A DNA stretch of 64,000 bases from Syntrophaceae bacterium (GTDB taxonomy: Bacteria; Desulfobacterota; Syntrophia; Syntrophales; Smithellaceae): the NCBI GenBank assembly GCA_003139775.1, contig PLGI01000198.1, forward strand, positions 964 through 64,963, given 5' to 3'. The notes beneath the pieces are model-generated. The model did no database searches. It saw nothing but the letters and a program-made list of their open reading frames with translations, and was not told where the DNA came from. A program made the position numbers and the translations under genes. This document shows, in pieces, positions 37,464 through 48,328 of the stretch (its first letter is position 1; each line of letters begins with the position of its first letter).

Positions 37464-38995
37464 TTTACTGTACTTGACTCCTTAAGTTTTAAAGTTTGCG
37501 TTACAACAACACGATCATCAAATGGTATTTTGTTTGTTCCCAGAATTTGGTAATCCTCATGACCTTTGCCCGCAATCAAAACAATATCTCCCCGCCCAGC
37601 CGCACTTATTGCCGTTTCAATAGCCTTTCTCCGTTCGGAAATTACTGTATAGGCATGAGCATCATCCTTTATTTTCAAATTGTCAGGCGCTATTTTCTGT
37701 ATCTTAGTTCGATCAATTCCCGCCTCTATTTCCGCGATGATCGCCAGCGGATCTTCCAGACGGGGATTATCCGAAGTTACAATAGTCAAGTCACTGTAAA
37801 ATGTTGCCGCCTCACCCATAAGCGGCCTCTTGCCGGTGTCTCTGTTTCCGCCGCAGCCGAATACAGTGATAATTCTTTTTTTTTTGAATTCCGCCAGATT
37901 TTGCAACACCTGCTTTAAAGCATCTGGTTTATGCGCGTAATCAATAAGAACAGTAAAACCGGAAGAAGAATCGATCCGCTCCAGACGTCCCGGCACATAA
38001 GATAGATTTTCTATCCCCGCCTTAATCGACGCTTTCGGAATTTGCAGAGCTTTTGCCGCCGCCGTAGCAGCAAGAATATTATAAATATTAAACTTGCCGA
38101 CAAGCGGTGTATGAATGGAAATGGTTTCTCCTGCTAAATCAATGTCGGCTTTTATCCCGGCCATGGACAACTCATAGCTTACCGTCTTAACTGCGTCATT
38201 TTTTTCCACACCATAAGTTAATGCCGGAAGCGTTACATCCTTTAAAATAATTTGTCCCCACTTGTCATCGCCGTTAATTATCATTTTTTGCGGATGAACC
38301 TTCTTGCTTTGCGGTAATACGTCAGCAAAAAATCGTTTCTTGGCCTGAAAGTAATTTTCCATAGTCAAATGATAATCAAGATGTTCATGGGTGAGATTAG
38401 TAAACACGCCCAGATCAAAATCGCAATCGTCAATTCTTTTCAGGTCAATGGCGTGAGAAGAAACTTCCGCGATGACATGAGTGATTCCCTCATCAGCCAT
38501 TGCCCGGAGTATCTTTTGCATTTCATACGATTCCGGAGTCGTGTTGGGCGCGGGATATGTTTTGTTATTGTAACGGTAATTAACCGTGCCCAAAACTCCG
38601 CATTTGCAGCCAGCCGCAGTAAGTATTGATTCCAGAATATATGTCGTTGTTGTTTTACCGTTTGTTCCTGTAACGCCGATGAGACATAATCGGGCGGAGG
38701 GATTACTGAAATAATTTTTAGCCAGCACACCCAATGCCCGCCTGCTGCTCGTCACCTTAATTGCTATTCCCCCGTATGGAATTTGCATATCTTTTTCGTA
38801 AACAATATAACGCGCGCCTCGATTTACCGCATCCGCAATATAATCATGACCGTTATGTTTTAATCCAGCAATGGCCACAAACAGGGACCTATCCTCACAT
38901 TTATCCGCTGCGTAACAAAGCGTGGATACATCTCCCGTGGCATCTACAGAAAGATTTATTATATCTAAACCCTTAATCAATTGACTCAGCTTCAT
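37460..38995 (-). CDS. murE: UDP-N-acetylmuramoyl-L-alanyl-D-glutamate--2,6-diaminopimelate ligase
   Basis: GVTGTNGKTTTTY, DNPR motif (TSDNPRLEDP). Confidence 0.95.
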   Translation of the reverse strand: MKLSQLIKGLDIINLSVDATGDVSTLCYAADKCEDRSLFVAIAGLKHNGHDYIADAVNRGARYIVYEKDMQIPYGGIAIKVTSSRRALGVLAKNYFSNPSARLCLIGVTGTNGKTTTTYILESILTAAGCKCGVLGTVNYRYNNKTYPAPNTTPESYEMQKILRAMADEGITHVIAEVSSHAIDLKRIDDCDFDLGVFTNLTHEHLDYHLTMENYFQAKKRFFADVLPQSKKVHPQKMIINGDDKWGQIILKDVTLPALTYGVEKNDAVKTVSYELSMAGIKADIDLAGETISIHTPLVGKFNIYNILAATAAAKALQIPKASIKAGIENLSYVPGRLERIDSSSGFTVLIDYAHKPDALKQVLQNLAEFKKKRIITVFGCGGNRDTGKRPLMGEAATFYSDLTIVTSDNPRLEDPLAIIAEIEAGIDRTKIQKIAPDNLKIKDDAHAYTVISERRKAIETAISAAGRGDIVLIAGKGHEDYQILGTNKIPFDDRVVVTQTLKLKESSTVN

Positions 38996-39002
38996 GTATT
39001 CC

Positions 39003-40976
39003 TCAGTTGCTTAACTCAAAAACAACATTGCACACGCGTTCATCACCGAATGGCGTGTGGGCTTGTGGATACTGGCGCACTGCCCAACCATTGCCTGATA
39101 TTTTAAGCTCGATTGATTCGGCTTTTGCTTTTTTCATCGCTTCTCTGATTGTCAAACCAGAAAAATCAGGCATTATTGATTCATCATCGCCAGCAACATT
39201 TTGCGGGGTTAAAGTTTGCTGCGCCGAGACCAGTTGCACTTTATTTGTGTCTTTTTCAAAAACAGGAGTTTCCCGAATGTTTGTTTTAAAGCAATTGAGT
39301 ATTTGCTCCCCGATATTTTTAAATACCGGCGCTGCGGCCACCCCACCCCACTTATCTTTTTGCGGCTCATCAAGAATTACCAGAATGGCAACCTGCGGAT
39401 TATCAGCTGGAAAAAAACCCATAAAAGATGTGCGCACTTTTTCCGATGAATATACACCGCGGGAGAAATCGAATTTTTGCGAAGTCCCTGTTTTACCGGC
39501 AACAGCTACATTGACAATGCGCGCATTTTTACCGGTGCCGTCGACAGCACCGACAACTTCCGTCAGCATGTTGGTGAGACGCTTCGCCACGTCGGGAGAA
39601 ATAACTTTACGCACTACTGTTGGCGTATACAGTTTAATGAGGCGATTATCTTTATCTGCAAAGCCTCGCACAACGTAAGGCTTCATTAAAACTCCGTTGT
39701 TGGCAATGGCCGACACGGCGGCAATTAATTGAATTGCCGTAACCGAAACACCCTGGCCAAAACCGATCATCGCCGTATCAACGGGCACCCAATTTTTCAC
39801 CGGCCTTACCAACCCCGCGGACTCGCCGGGCAGATCTATACCTGTCTTCACCCCAAAACCAAAACTTTCAATATAATCGTAGAACTTTTCTTTTCCCATC
39901 TTTTGAGCAATTTTTGCAGCACCAATATTGCTGGAATATTTTAATATATCAGGGACTGATAACACTCCGTGACGTTTCTTGTTTGCTTCATGAATAACAC
40001 GGTTTGCTACTTTATAATTTCCATTTTCACAGAAAAACTTATCTGATTCCTTGATGATCTTTTCTTCCAGTGCGCCAGCCACTAAAAAAGGTTTGAAGGT
40101 TGATCCCGGATCAAAATAATCGGTAATAGCGCGGTTCCGCCATTTTTCGGGTGTAAGCCCATCTACGTTATTGGGATTGAATCCCATTTCGTTAGCCATT
40201 GCTAAAATCTCTCCGGTTTTAGGATCCATGACAATGGCAAGTCCCCCTTTTGCGCCTTTGGAAAGAACAGCATCTTTTAAATGGGTTTCCACAAGATATT
40301 GAATCCGATTATCAATGGTTAAAACAAGATTTGTGCTTTCATTTTTTTTTATTTCATTATTTTCGACACGTAAAAATAATTTTTTCCCTTTGGCATCCCG
40401 CGCCCAGGCCAGCTTCTCCGGTTTCCCTTTCAAGGATTCATCATATTTACTTTCCAATCCTTCCAACCCGTTAGCATCCATGCCAACAAATCCAACCAAA
40501 TGTGCGGCCAGTTCGCCATTGGGATAAAAGCGCTTCGGCTCTTTGACTAGAAAAATTCCTTCGATGTCTGCATTCTCCACAGAAGCAGCTTGCTCTGGAG
40601 AAATTTTTCTGGCCAACCAACAAAAGTTTTTTGGCTGTGATATTTTTTTGAGGACTGATTGACTATCTAAATTGAGGATTCCTGCAACTTGCCCGGCAGC
40701 CCTGATGGGATCAGCAATTTTGGAAGGATCGGCGCAAACGGAATTAGCCATGATTGATACAGCAAGTTTTTCACCATTGCGATCGTAAATTACGCCTCTT
40801 TCCGGTGGTAACTGCAGCACAGTAGTATGCTGCCGTTGTGCTAATGTTTTTAGTTTTTTACCCGATAAAACCTGTAACTGAAAAGCACGGGATATCAAGG
40901 CAATAAATAACACCAGAAACATTATGAAAATGATGCCAATCTTGAATTTTAGCCATTTTTTCGATTCACTCGCCAT
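39003..40976 (-). CDS. ftsI: Peptidoglycan D,D-transpeptidase FtsI (PBP3)
   Basis: 657 aa; N-terminal TM, STFK, SSN and KTGT motifs. Confidence 0.95.
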   Translation of the reverse strand: MASESKKWLKFKIGIIFIMFLVLFIALISRAFQLQVLSGKKLKTLAQRQHTTVLQLPPERGVIYDRNGEKLAVSIMANSVCADPSKIADPIRAAGQVAGILNLDSQSVLKKISQPKNFCWLARKISPEQAASVENADIEGIFLVKEPKRFYPNGELAAHLVGFVGMDANGLEGLESKYDESLKGKPEKLAWARDAKGKKLFLRVENNEIKKNESTNLVLTIDNRIQYLVETHLKDAVLSKGAKGGLAIVMDPKTGEILAMANEMGFNPNNVDGLTPEKWRNRAITDYFDPGSTFKPFLVAGALEEKIIKESDKFFCENGNYKVANRVIHEANKKRHGVLSVPDILKYSSNIGAAKIAQKMGKEKFYDYIESFGFGVKTGIDLPGESAGLVRPVKNWVPVDTAMIGFGQGVSVTAIQLIAAVSAIANNGVLMKPYVVRGFADKDNRLIKLYTPTVVRKVISPDVAKRLTNMLTEVVGAVDGTGKNARIVNVAVAGKTGTSQKFDFSRGVYSSEKVRTSFMGFFPADNPQVAILVILDEPQKDKWGGVAAAPVFKNIGEQILNCFKTNIRETPVFEKDTNKVQLVSAQQTLTPQNVAGDDESIMPDFSGLTIREAMKKAKAESIELKISGNGWAVRQYPQAHTPFGDERVCNVVFELSN

Positions 40977-40977
40977 A

Positions 40978-41325
40978 TCATTCTCCCGATTTTTTTAAGA
41001 CAATTACTTGATCATTATCAGGATAGGACATCTGCAATTTGTTTCTCATTATGCTTTCAATTCGTTGCGGTGATTTGAGCATCGCATATTCCAATTTCAA
41101 TTTTTTTTGTTCTTCCAATTTTTGTTCTTTGACATTTAGTTCCGTAGCAATATTATATTCCAATTCTGTCATCCGAATATGCGAGCCGACATAGATCAAG
41201 GCAACAAACATGAACACTATGGCAAAAATAATAAAAGTCGAATACTTAATCCCGAAAGAAGTTTCCTTTACTTCCCGGAAACCGGGAATAACTCGTGTTC
41301 CAACAGATTGCGCAGATTGTGCCAT
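40978..41325 (-). CDS. ftsL: Cell division protein FtsL
   Basis: 115 aa, single TM plus coiled-coil, between rsmH and ftsI. Confidence 0.8.
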   Translation of the reverse strand: MAQSAQSVGTRVIPGFREVKETSFGIKYSTFIIFAIVFMFVALIYVGSHIRMTELEYNIATELNVKEQKLEEQKKLKLEYAMLKSPQRIESIMRNKLQMSYPDNDQVIVLKKSGE

Positions 41326-41326
41326 T

Positions 41327-42262
41327 TTAAACTCTCCCAGCCACGCGCAATTTAGCGCTACGGGCGCGTGGATTAGCTTCGATTTCTTCTGCCGCGGGAA
41401 TTAGCGCTTTTCTATTTATGTTTTTGAGCTTTGCTTCTTTTTGACAGACGCAAAATGGCATATCCTTGGGGCAGACACAATCTCCGGCCAAGGCGCGAAA
41501 TTCATTTTTTACAATGCGATCTTCCAGCGAATGGAAAGAAATTACGCAAAGGCGGCCACCGGGTTTTAGCGCTTCAGCAGCTGCTTTAATTGCCGGTTTT
41601 ATGTTATCCAGCTCATTGTTGACTGCGATTCTTATGGCTTGAAAGGTTCTTGTGGCGGGATGAATTTTTTGCCATTTTAATTTGGCGGGCATGCAAGAAG
41701 CAACTATAGACGCAAGTTCCATGGTTGTTTCAATGGGCGACAATTGTCTTTTTTTTGATATTGTCCTGGCGATTCTTGCAGCCATTTTTTCTTCTCCGTA
41801 AAACTTGATAATATTTTCCAGTTCGTTTTGCGCGAAGCTGTTGACAATATCGTAAGCACTGAGTTTCAAGCTGCGATCCATCCGCATATCGAGCGGCGCT
41901 TGCAGACTGAAACTAAAACCTCTTTGAGCTGTATTCAGTTGATGGGAAGAGACTCCCAAATCCAGAAGAACACCATCAACTTTTTCTATGTTTAATTTTT
42001 CCAGTACTTTGCTTAAATCGGCAAAATTAGCTTTTATCAGAATCTTGCGGGAACCAAATTCCGCCAGCCGCGACTCTGCAAACTGCAAAGCCTGGTCATC
42101 ACAATCAATTCCCACTAAAAACGCATCTGTTTCCTTAAGTATTGCATAAGAATGACCCGCGCCCCCCACAGTGCCATCCACATAAATTCCCGTCTTACTA
42201 ACTACTAGAGAAGCAATAACTTCTTTAAGCATTACCGGCTCGTGATAAAAGTCGGTACTCAT
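41327..42262 (-). CDS. rsmH: 16S rRNA (cytosine1402-N4)-methyltransferase
   Basis: HEPVMLKEV...DGTVGGAGHS...SFHSLEDRIVK. Confidence 0.96.
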   Translation of the reverse strand: MSTDFYHEPVMLKEVIASLVVSKTGIYVDGTVGGAGHSYAILKETDAFLVGIDCDDQALQFAESRLAEFGSRKILIKANFADLSKVLEKLNIEKVDGVLLDLGVSSHQLNTAQRGFSFSLQAPLDMRMDRSLKLSAYDIVNSFAQNELENIIKFYGEEKMAARIARTISKKRQLSPIETTMELASIVASCMPAKLKWQKIHPATRTFQAIRIAVNNELDNIKPAIKAAAEALKPGGRLCVISFHSLEDRIVKNEFRALAGDCVCPKDMPFCVCQKEAKLKNINRKALIPAAEEIEANPRARSAKLRVAGRV

Positions 42263-42265
42263 AGC

Positions 42266-42712
42266 TTAAATTCCCAAATCAGCTATGAAGTTAGTGTTCT
42301 TGTCAATTTCACTGCCGGCCTTTTTCATTTCCTCTTCAAAACGATCTTTCGACCAGATTTCGATTACTTTCAGCATACCGGCCAGAACAATATCTTTTTC
42401 CAATTTGGCATATTCACGCAGAGTCGGCGGGATAAGCACACGTCCCTGTCCATCAAGATTGCAATCAACAGCCCCGGACATAAAGAAGCGCTGAAACGAC
42501 CGCACCTCCTTGCGCAATTTGGATTGATGAGCTACCTTTTCCTCAATTACCAGCCATTCATCATAAGGAAAAACCATCAAGTACTGGTCCCAGTTGGTAA
42601 TCACCATCCGGTTGTCGTACTCTTCCGCGAATATCTCGCGGAATTTGGAAGGAAAGATTATTCTTCCTTTTTCATCAATATTGTGCTGATATTGACCCCT
42701 AAATACAGACAT
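42266..42712 (-). CDS. mraZ: Division/cell wall cluster transcriptional regulator MraZ
   Basis: MSVFRGQYQHNIDEKGRIIFPSKFRE (SpoVT-AbrB repeats). Start trimmed to the Met after a GGAGGGA RBS. Confidence 0.93.
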   Translation of the reverse strand: MSVFRGQYQHNIDEKGRIIFPSKFREIFAEEYDNRMVITNWDQYLMVFPYDEWLVIEEKVAHQSKLRKEVRSFQRFFMSGAVDCNLDGQGRVLIPPTLREYAKLEKDIVLAGMLKVIEIWSKDRFEEEMKKAGSEIDKNTNFIADLGI

Positions 42713-42924
42713 TAGTTCCCTCCACGATAAACCACTTTGCTCCACATGGTCGACTATAAAGGTGGTATTTGCCTTTGTCAAGCAAAAAATTTAACTTTTT
42801 TTCGATTAAGTAACTTAAAATCACTGGGAAAATGGAGAAAAGGAAACAGAAATAATTTTGAACTGGAAAAATTATGGAAACAAAAATGTTGATTTAAAAA
42901 TTAAAGGTGTTTTTTCATCCTTTT

Positions 42925-44091
42925 TTATTCAAGGTCTGAATCTTCAAGTGACTGTATTGATTCATTATTAATATATCGATAGCGTTTTATTGCTTGATTA
43001 TGCTCATTAAAAGAAGATGAAAAAAAGTGCGAACCGTCTTTTTTAGAAACAAAGTAAAGATAATTAACAGAAGCTGGATAAAGCACAGCCTTAAAGGAAG
43101 TCAATCCCGGATTGGCGATTGGTCCCGGCGGCAAACCTCTTATAATATAAGTGTTATAAAGCGATTTTCTTTTCAAATGACTGCGCAAGATTTTGCCTTC
43201 AAAATTATCCAAATCATAAACTGCCGTCGGATCGCTTTGTAAAGGCATTCTCTTTTTGAGTCTGTTGTGAAACACTGCGGAGATAATAGGTTTTTCCATA
43301 TCATCACCTGATTCTTTGCCGATCATAGAAGCAAAGGTAACAAACTGATGAGTGTTAAATCCAAGCTCTCCGGCTCTTTTAATCATTTCCGGTGTAACTT
43401 TTTTCCAGAACTGATTCACCATTATTTTCATAATTTGGCGCGTGCTCATCGAACGGTCAAAAAAGTAAGTATCTGGAAAAAGGTAACCCTCTATAGAATC
43501 CGCCTTAATATTTAAAGATTCTAAAAAATCTTCATCGCTGGCCAGTTCAAAAAATAATTCTTTATCAATCAGTCTGAATTCATCCAAGCGCGCGACGATT
43601 TCCAGCATGGATAAATCCTCAGGGATAACGACTTTATAGTTTTTGATTTCTCCACGCAGCAGTTTATCAATCATCTCCACAGGAGTCAGGGAAGTGTTAA
43701 ATTCATATTCGCCGGCGCGAATGGAACGCGAGGCTCTTTTTATTATGGACAAGCTATAAAAGAAAACACGATGTTTGATTAGCCCCGCCTGATTAAGTAT
43801 CTCCGTAACTTTTAGAAAGCTGGAGCCAGTGGGGATATCGACCAGTATAGTCATATTTTTCTTATCAATGGAACTGGTTGAATAATTTACCAACAGAACA
43901 CAAAAGAGTAAAATAACAACAAAAGATAGAATAATGTAGCGAATTACCTTACCTGTAAAATGGGGCATTTTAAAAAAATTAAAAGAGAAAAGTTTCTTTT
44001 CCCATACCTCCACTCGTCGTTTATTTCCATTTGCAGAATTGGTTGTTGGGCCGGGTTTTTTATAAGTATTTTTTTTCTTCAATTTTTTCAT
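42925..44091 (-). CDS. mltG: Endolytic murein transglycosylase MltG (YceG-like)
   Basis: TM anchor plus a YceG domain (IEGYLFPDTY, ASMIGKES, YNTY...GLPPGPI). The true start may be the internal Met. Confidence 0.85.
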   Translation of the reverse strand: MKKLKKKNTYKKPGPTTNSANGNKRRVEVWEKKLFSFNFFKMPHFTGKVIRYIILSFVVILLFCVLLVNYSTSSIDKKNMTILVDIPTGSSFLKVTEILNQAGLIKHRVFFYSLSIIKRASRSIRAGEYEFNTSLTPVEMIDKLLRGEIKNYKVVIPEDLSMLEIVARLDEFRLIDKELFFELASDEDFLESLNIKADSIEGYLFPDTYFFDRSMSTRQIMKIMVNQFWKKVTPEMIKRAGELGFNTHQFVTFASMIGKESGDDMEKPIISAVFHNRLKKRMPLQSDPTAVYDLDNFEGKILRSHLKRKSLYNTYIIRGLPPGPIANPGLTSFKAVLYPASVNYLYFVSKKDGSHFFSSSFNEHNQAIKRYRYINNESIQSLEDSDLE

Positions 44092-44117
44092 ATTTTTTGC
44101 GGAATTAATTTATTAAA

Positions 44118-44531
44118 CTATTTAGTGATTGAATCCAGGTAACCTTGAAGGATCAGGCAGGCGGCCAGTTTATCCACCATTTTTTTTCTTTTTTCCCAAC
44201 GAATCCCGGAATTGATCAGTATTTCTTCAGCTTCTTTGGTAGAGAGTGTTTCCGGCCATTTAACAACGGGAAGAAAAAAAGTTGCTTCCAGTATAGCTGT
44301 AAAACGATTGACTTTTTCGCATTGGATACCTTCTGAACCGTCCAGTCTTACCGGATAACCTATTACAATTTTCTCTACTTTATAGTCTCTGATCAAACTT
44401 CCTAAAATTTCCCAATCATGCTTTTTAGTTTTTCTTATTATTGTAGGCAAACCTTGAGCGGTAAACCCCAATTCATCGCAGATAGCCACGCCAATTCTTT
44501 TTTCACCGTAATCCAAACCAAGTATGCGCAA
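44118..44531 (-). CDS. ruvX: Putative pre-16S rRNA nuclease / Holliday junction resolvase-like RuvX (YqgF)
   Basis: MRILGLDYGEKRIGVAICDELG. Confidence 0.9.
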   Translation of the reverse strand: MRILGLDYGEKRIGVAICDELGFTAQGLPTIIRKTKKHDWEILGSLIRDYKVEKIVIGYPVRLDGSEGIQCEKVNRFTAILEATFFLPVVKWPETLSTKEAEEILINSGIRWEKRKKMVDKLAACLILQGYLDSITK

Positions 44532-44588
44532 GAAGTACCTCTTCTATTTCATTTTCTAACAATTCCCCCTGGCATTTTCAAGGACTAA

Positions 44589-44789
44589 TTTATTGTTGAA
44601 ACTCCAATTCCGAATGCGAAGCATAGCGGAATTGGTAAGTTGAACAATCCCGCGCAGCGGAGGGTAATGAGACTCGCTGACCATAGGAAGCGTTTGTCGA
44701 ATTATACCGCATAAGCAGGTATTTAATACTCCCCAGCTTGCTGCTGAACCTGTTTCCAAAGCTTGCTTTGGGGTTTATACCCGTGATTT
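44589..44789 (-). repeat. Family-1 mosaic repeat, copy D
   Basis: The reverse complement aligns end to end with copy A-right (AAATCACGGGTATAAACCCCAAAGCAAGCTTTGGAAAC ... CCAATTCCGCTATGCTTCGCATTCGGAATTGGAGTTTCAACAATAAA). Confidence 0.8.
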
Positions 44790-44910
44790 GATGTCTTTAA
44801 CTATGATAAACAAACATGATTAATTTTAATTAATTGTAAATATAATCTTGTGAAAAAATGAGGAGTTTGTTATTTTTTAAAAAATATTACCAAATCAAAC
44901 AGGCAAATAA

Positions 44911-46824
44911 ATGAAACACTTTGTTCTCGGCACAGCCGGTCATGTCGATCACGGAAAAACTGCGCTAATTAAAGCTCTTACTGGAGTGGATACCGATCGT
45001 TTAAAAGAGGAAAAAGAAAGGGGCATTACCATTGAACTGGGTTTTGCCTCACTTGCTCTTCCTTCCGGTCAGACACTTGGTATAGTGGATGTTCCCGGGC
45101 ATGAAAAATTCATCAAAAATATGGTTTCCGGCGCCGCGGGCATTGATTTAGTAATGATGGTAATGGCCGCGGACGAGGGCATCATGCCGCAAACGAAAGA
45201 ACATTTACATATTTGTTCGCTTTTGGGAATCTCCAAAGGTATCGTTGCTCTGACTAAAATTGATCTTGTCGAAAAAGACTGGCTGGAGCTTGTAAAATCG
45301 GAAATCATCGAATTCCTTCAGGGAACTTTTTTAGAAGGCGTACCCATTTTGCCGGTATCCGCCATTAAACAGGAAGGACTTACTGATCTGATCATGGCAA
45401 TTGATGCGACTGTAAGCAAAATCAATGAAAAAGCGGATGATGGAATTTTTCGTCTGCCTGTGGATCGTGTGTTTACGATGAAAGGATTCGGCACCGTCGT
45501 TACCGGCACACTGGTTTCCGACCATATTAAAACCAGCGAAGAAATTGAAATACTTCCCGGAGATATTACCGCCCGCATTAGAGGAATTCAGGTGCATAAT
45601 CAGCCGGTGGAAGAAGCATGGTCCGGTCAGCGCACGGCGATTAATCTTCAAGGTATTGAAAAATCGACCATTGGACGCGGCAATGTCCTTGTGCGTCCTA
45701 AAACTGCTTGGCCATCGAAGCGACTTGATGTTTTTGTCGAATTCCTCGCCTCTAATTCTAAGAATCTGAAGAATCGTGCACTCATTCGTCTGCACGCGGG
45801 CACAAGCGAAATTATCGCCCGCATAATACTGCTGGATAAAGATGAACTTGCGCCGGGACAAAAAGCCTTTGCTCAATTAGTTCTGGAAAGTGAAGATGTA
45901 ATTGTTTCCGGTGACCGCTTTGTTCTGCGCAGCTATTCGCCGGTAACAACAATTGGCGGCGGTCAGATTATTGATCCTCTGCCCTTGAAGCATAAAAGAC
46001 AAAACGAAAAAATTATTGCCGATTTGAATATATTGCATAACGGATCGCTGCCGGAAAGAATTTCCGTAATCATGGAGAGAACCGGGTTTTCCGGCATCAA
46101 TTTGTGCGGACTTACCTTTCGCCTTGGAGTAAACGCGAAGAAAATCCGGGAAGCTCTGGAGAGTTTGCTTTCCAGCAAAAAAACGATTCTTCTGGATAGC
46201 GAAGATACAACAGTAATCTCTGCTTACTTTTACAATCGGCTGGAAGAACTTATCGGTAAAAATATTGCCACCTATCATAAAAAAAACCCTTTGCAGGAGG
46301 GCATCTCCAAAGAACAGCTTAAAGAAACACTCGGACGCACTATATCGGCAAAACTGTTCAATCTGGCGCTACGAAGCCTTGGTAAAAAAGAAACCATTGT
46401 CAGCGACAAAGACAATGTCCGTATGGCAGGGCATCAGGTGCAACTGGCCGGGGATCTTGACTCGCTACGGCATAACATTGCCCGGATTTATAGTGAGGCG
46501 GGACTTACGCCGCCTTCTCTCACCAATGTTGTCAACGACTTTAAGGATCAAAAAGTCAAAGCACAAAGCATTATCAAACTGATGCTCAAAAACGGAGACT
46601 TGATCAAAATCAATGAAGAGCTCTGTTTCGCACGTGGGTCCCTGAGTAAATTGCGAGACGATTACAAAGCGATGCTGGTAAAAGACGGCAAGGCGACACC
46701 GGCGACATTCAAAGATCTAACCGGTCTTTCGCGCAAATACATTATTCCGTTGATGGAATATTTTGATGTAAATAAGCTGACCGTAAGAGTAGGCGATCAT
46801 CGCATTTTACGGGAAAAAATATGA
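44911..46824 (+). CDS. selB: Selenocysteine-specific translation elongation factor
   Basis: 637 aa; [28 protein letters not shown]-terminal winged-helix extension. Confidence 0.93.
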   Translation: MKHFVLGTAGHVDHGKTALIKALTGVDTDRLKEEKERGITIELGFASLALPSGQTLGIVDVPGHEKFIKNMVSGAAGIDLVMMVMAADEGIMPQTKEHLHICSLLGISKGIVALTKIDLVEKDWLELVKSEIIEFLQGTFLEGVPILPVSAIKQEGLTDLIMAIDATVSKINEKADDGIFRLPVDRVFTMKGFGTVVTGTLVSDHIKTSEEIEILPGDITARIRGIQVHNQPVEEAWSGQRTAINLQGIEKSTIGRGNVLVRPKTAWPSKRLDVFVEFLASNSKNLKNRALIRLHAGTSEIIARIILLDKDELAPGQKAFAQLVLESEDVIVSGDRFVLRSYSPVTTIGGGQIIDPLPLKHKRQNEKIIADLNILHNGSLPERISVIMERTGFSGINLCGLTFRLGVNAKKIREALESLLSSKKTILLDSEDTTVISAYFYNRLEELIGKNIATYHKKNPLQEGISKEQLKETLGRTISAKLFNLALRSLGKKETIVSDKDNVRMAGHQVQLAGDLDSLRHNIARIYSEAGLTPPSLTNVVNDFKDQKVKAQSIIKLMLKNGDLIKINEELCFARGSLSKLRDDYKAMLVKDGKATPATFKDLTGLSRKYIIPLMEYFDVNKLTVRVGDHRILREKI

Positions 46825-46832
46825 GTAAGACG

Positions 46833-46937
46833 ATCCTGCGAAGTTGCGGGGTATTAACCCCTCAGCTTCGCAGGATTGTTCAACTTACCAATTACGCTGC
46901 GCTACGCTTTCGGAATTGGAGTTTCAACAATAAAAAA
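46833..46937 (+). repeat. Family-1 mosaic repeat, copy E (3' half of the element)
   Basis: 11-bp stem ATCCTGCGAAG/CTTCGCAGGAT with a nested GGGG-TATTAA-CCCC, then ATTGTTCAAC TTACCAATTACGCTGCGCTACGCTTTCGGAATTGGAGTTTCAACAATAAAAAA. Confidence 0.75.
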
Positions 46938-47061
46938 CATTGATTCCTGCAGCGCACGTGGTAAAAGCTGTCGAGCTTTTACACAAGGCGGATATTATGC
47001 TTATCGGTTATATTCACGGCGGTAAAACGAACATTTATTTTCAGGAAAGGCGGATAATGAT

Positions 47062-48024
47062 TTGAAAACAAAAGAAATTTATCTCCAAGATATCAAACAG
47101 GGGGACAAGGTAGCTGGCACCTTTTTGGCTGCTGAAAAGAATATGGCCTTTTCTCTGAAAGGCTCTCCTTATCTGAACGTGCGCCTGAAGGATAAGACCG
47201 GCGAGCTCGATGGCAAGGTCTGGGATAACGCGATTGAATTAGATCAACAGTTTAAAAAAGGCGATGTAATCTATATTGAAGGAAAAGCCGCCAGTTATAA
47301 AAATTCAATTCAAATATCTATAATCAAAATTATAAAGAATGAATGGGAAGATGTCGAACCTGCCGACTATTTACCCGCAGCCAAAGGCGACGTTGCCGCC
47401 ATGTTTAATGAAATACTCATCTATGTTGAAAAAATGCAGACTAAACCACTGCAAGAATTGCTGCAATCTTTCTTTCATGATCAAAAAACCGCAGAACTTT
47501 TTCAAAGAGCGCCTGCGGCAAAAGGTTTTCATCATATTTATTTAGGCGGACTTCTGGAACATACACTCTCTGTTGTACGCTTATTGGAAAAAGTATCCGA
47601 ACATTACCCAACCCTCAACAAAGACATGGTTATTACCGGTGGTATACTTCATGATATCGGCAAAATATACGAATTTTCTTATGACCACATAATTGATTAC
47701 AGCGATGAAGGAAGATTAATCGGCCACATTATTATGGGCGTGGAAATGATCGATAAAAAAATTGCCGCTATTGATGGTTTTCCTCCGCAATTAGCACTGG
47801 AATTACGCCATATTATTTTAAGTCATCACGGAGAATTTGAATTCGGTTCTCCTAAACGCCCGAAAACCCTGGAAGCTTTGGTCGTCCATTATATTGATGA
47901 TCTGGATGCCAAGTTTAACGCATTTCAAACATTAATTACTGATTCTACCAATGCCGATTCCGATTGGACAAACTACAACCGCCTTTTGGAGCGTTTTATT
48001 TATAAGGGTAAACCACGGGTATGA
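47062..48024 (+). CDS. OB-fold plus HD-domain nuclease (YhaM-like 3'-5' exoribonuclease)
   Basis: 320 aa, TTG start; OB-fold N-terminus, HD motif (GGLLEHTLSV...LHDIGK). Confidence 0.7.
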   Translation: MKTKEIYLQDIKQGDKVAGTFLAAEKNMAFSLKGSPYLNVRLKDKTGELDGKVWDNAIELDQQFKKGDVIYIEGKAASYKNSIQISIIKIIKNEWEDVEPADYLPAAKGDVAAMFNEILIYVEKMQTKPLQELLQSFFHDQKTAELFQRAPAAKGFHHIYLGGLLEHTLSVVRLLEKVSEHYPTLNKDMVITGGILHDIGKIYEFSYDHIIDYSDEGRLIGHIIMGVEMIDKKIAAIDGFPPQLALELRHIILSHHGEFEFGSPKRPKTLEALVVHYIDDLDAKFNAFQTLITDSTNADSDWTNYNRLLERFIYKGKPRV

Positions 48025-48192
48025 ACTCCACAGCAAGCGGCGGGGTTCATGCTTTCCGCTTCGCGGGATAATTTCCAATAGTTTTTAGCTATTGGATAGT
48101 TCGACTTACAAATTTCATTACGCTACGCTTATAAAATTTGAGTCTCACTACAACTAACGCTTTCTATAGTCAGCGAGTCTCATTAAATTTGA
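48014..48192 (+). repeat. Family-1 mosaic repeat, copy F
   Basis: CACGGGTATGAAC... GGATAGTTCGAC ... CAAATTTCAT-loop-ATAAAATTTG AGTCTCACTAC ... AACGCTTTCTATAGTCAGCGAGTCTCATTAAATTTGA. The first 11 nt overlap the upstream gene's stop codon. Confidence 0.8.
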
Positions 48193-48328
48193 AATTGATT
48201 TTTTGAAAAAAAGGGACTGTGAAGGGCGCGTCGCCTGAAATGGACTTAAAGAGCAACGAAATGCTTTTTCTCGTTTGATTGTAGTTACCTACACAGAAAA
48301 AATAGTTCAAAAGATTAAGGATGGTATC

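Noticed and set aside
42825-42880. Run of GGRRA boxes (TGGGA, TGGAG, AGGAA, TGGAA, TGGAA) upstream of mraZ, considered as an MraZ operator.
   Set aside because: The spacing (8, 8, 22, 11 bp) is not the regular ~10-bp phasing of known MraZ boxes, and the region is simply purine-rich. Not enough support.
44911-46824. Presence of selB prompted a look for an in-frame TGA (selenoprotein) gene or selC tRNA nearby.
   Set aside because: No split ORF pair joined by TGA with a downstream SECIS-like hairpin was seen in the window, and no tRNA-like cloverleaf either. The flanking structured sequences are family-1 repeats.
46833-46876. Strong nested hairpin right after selB, considered as a Rho-independent terminator.
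   Set aside because: It is not followed by a U-run and is part of repeat copy E. A terminator function is possible but unsupported.
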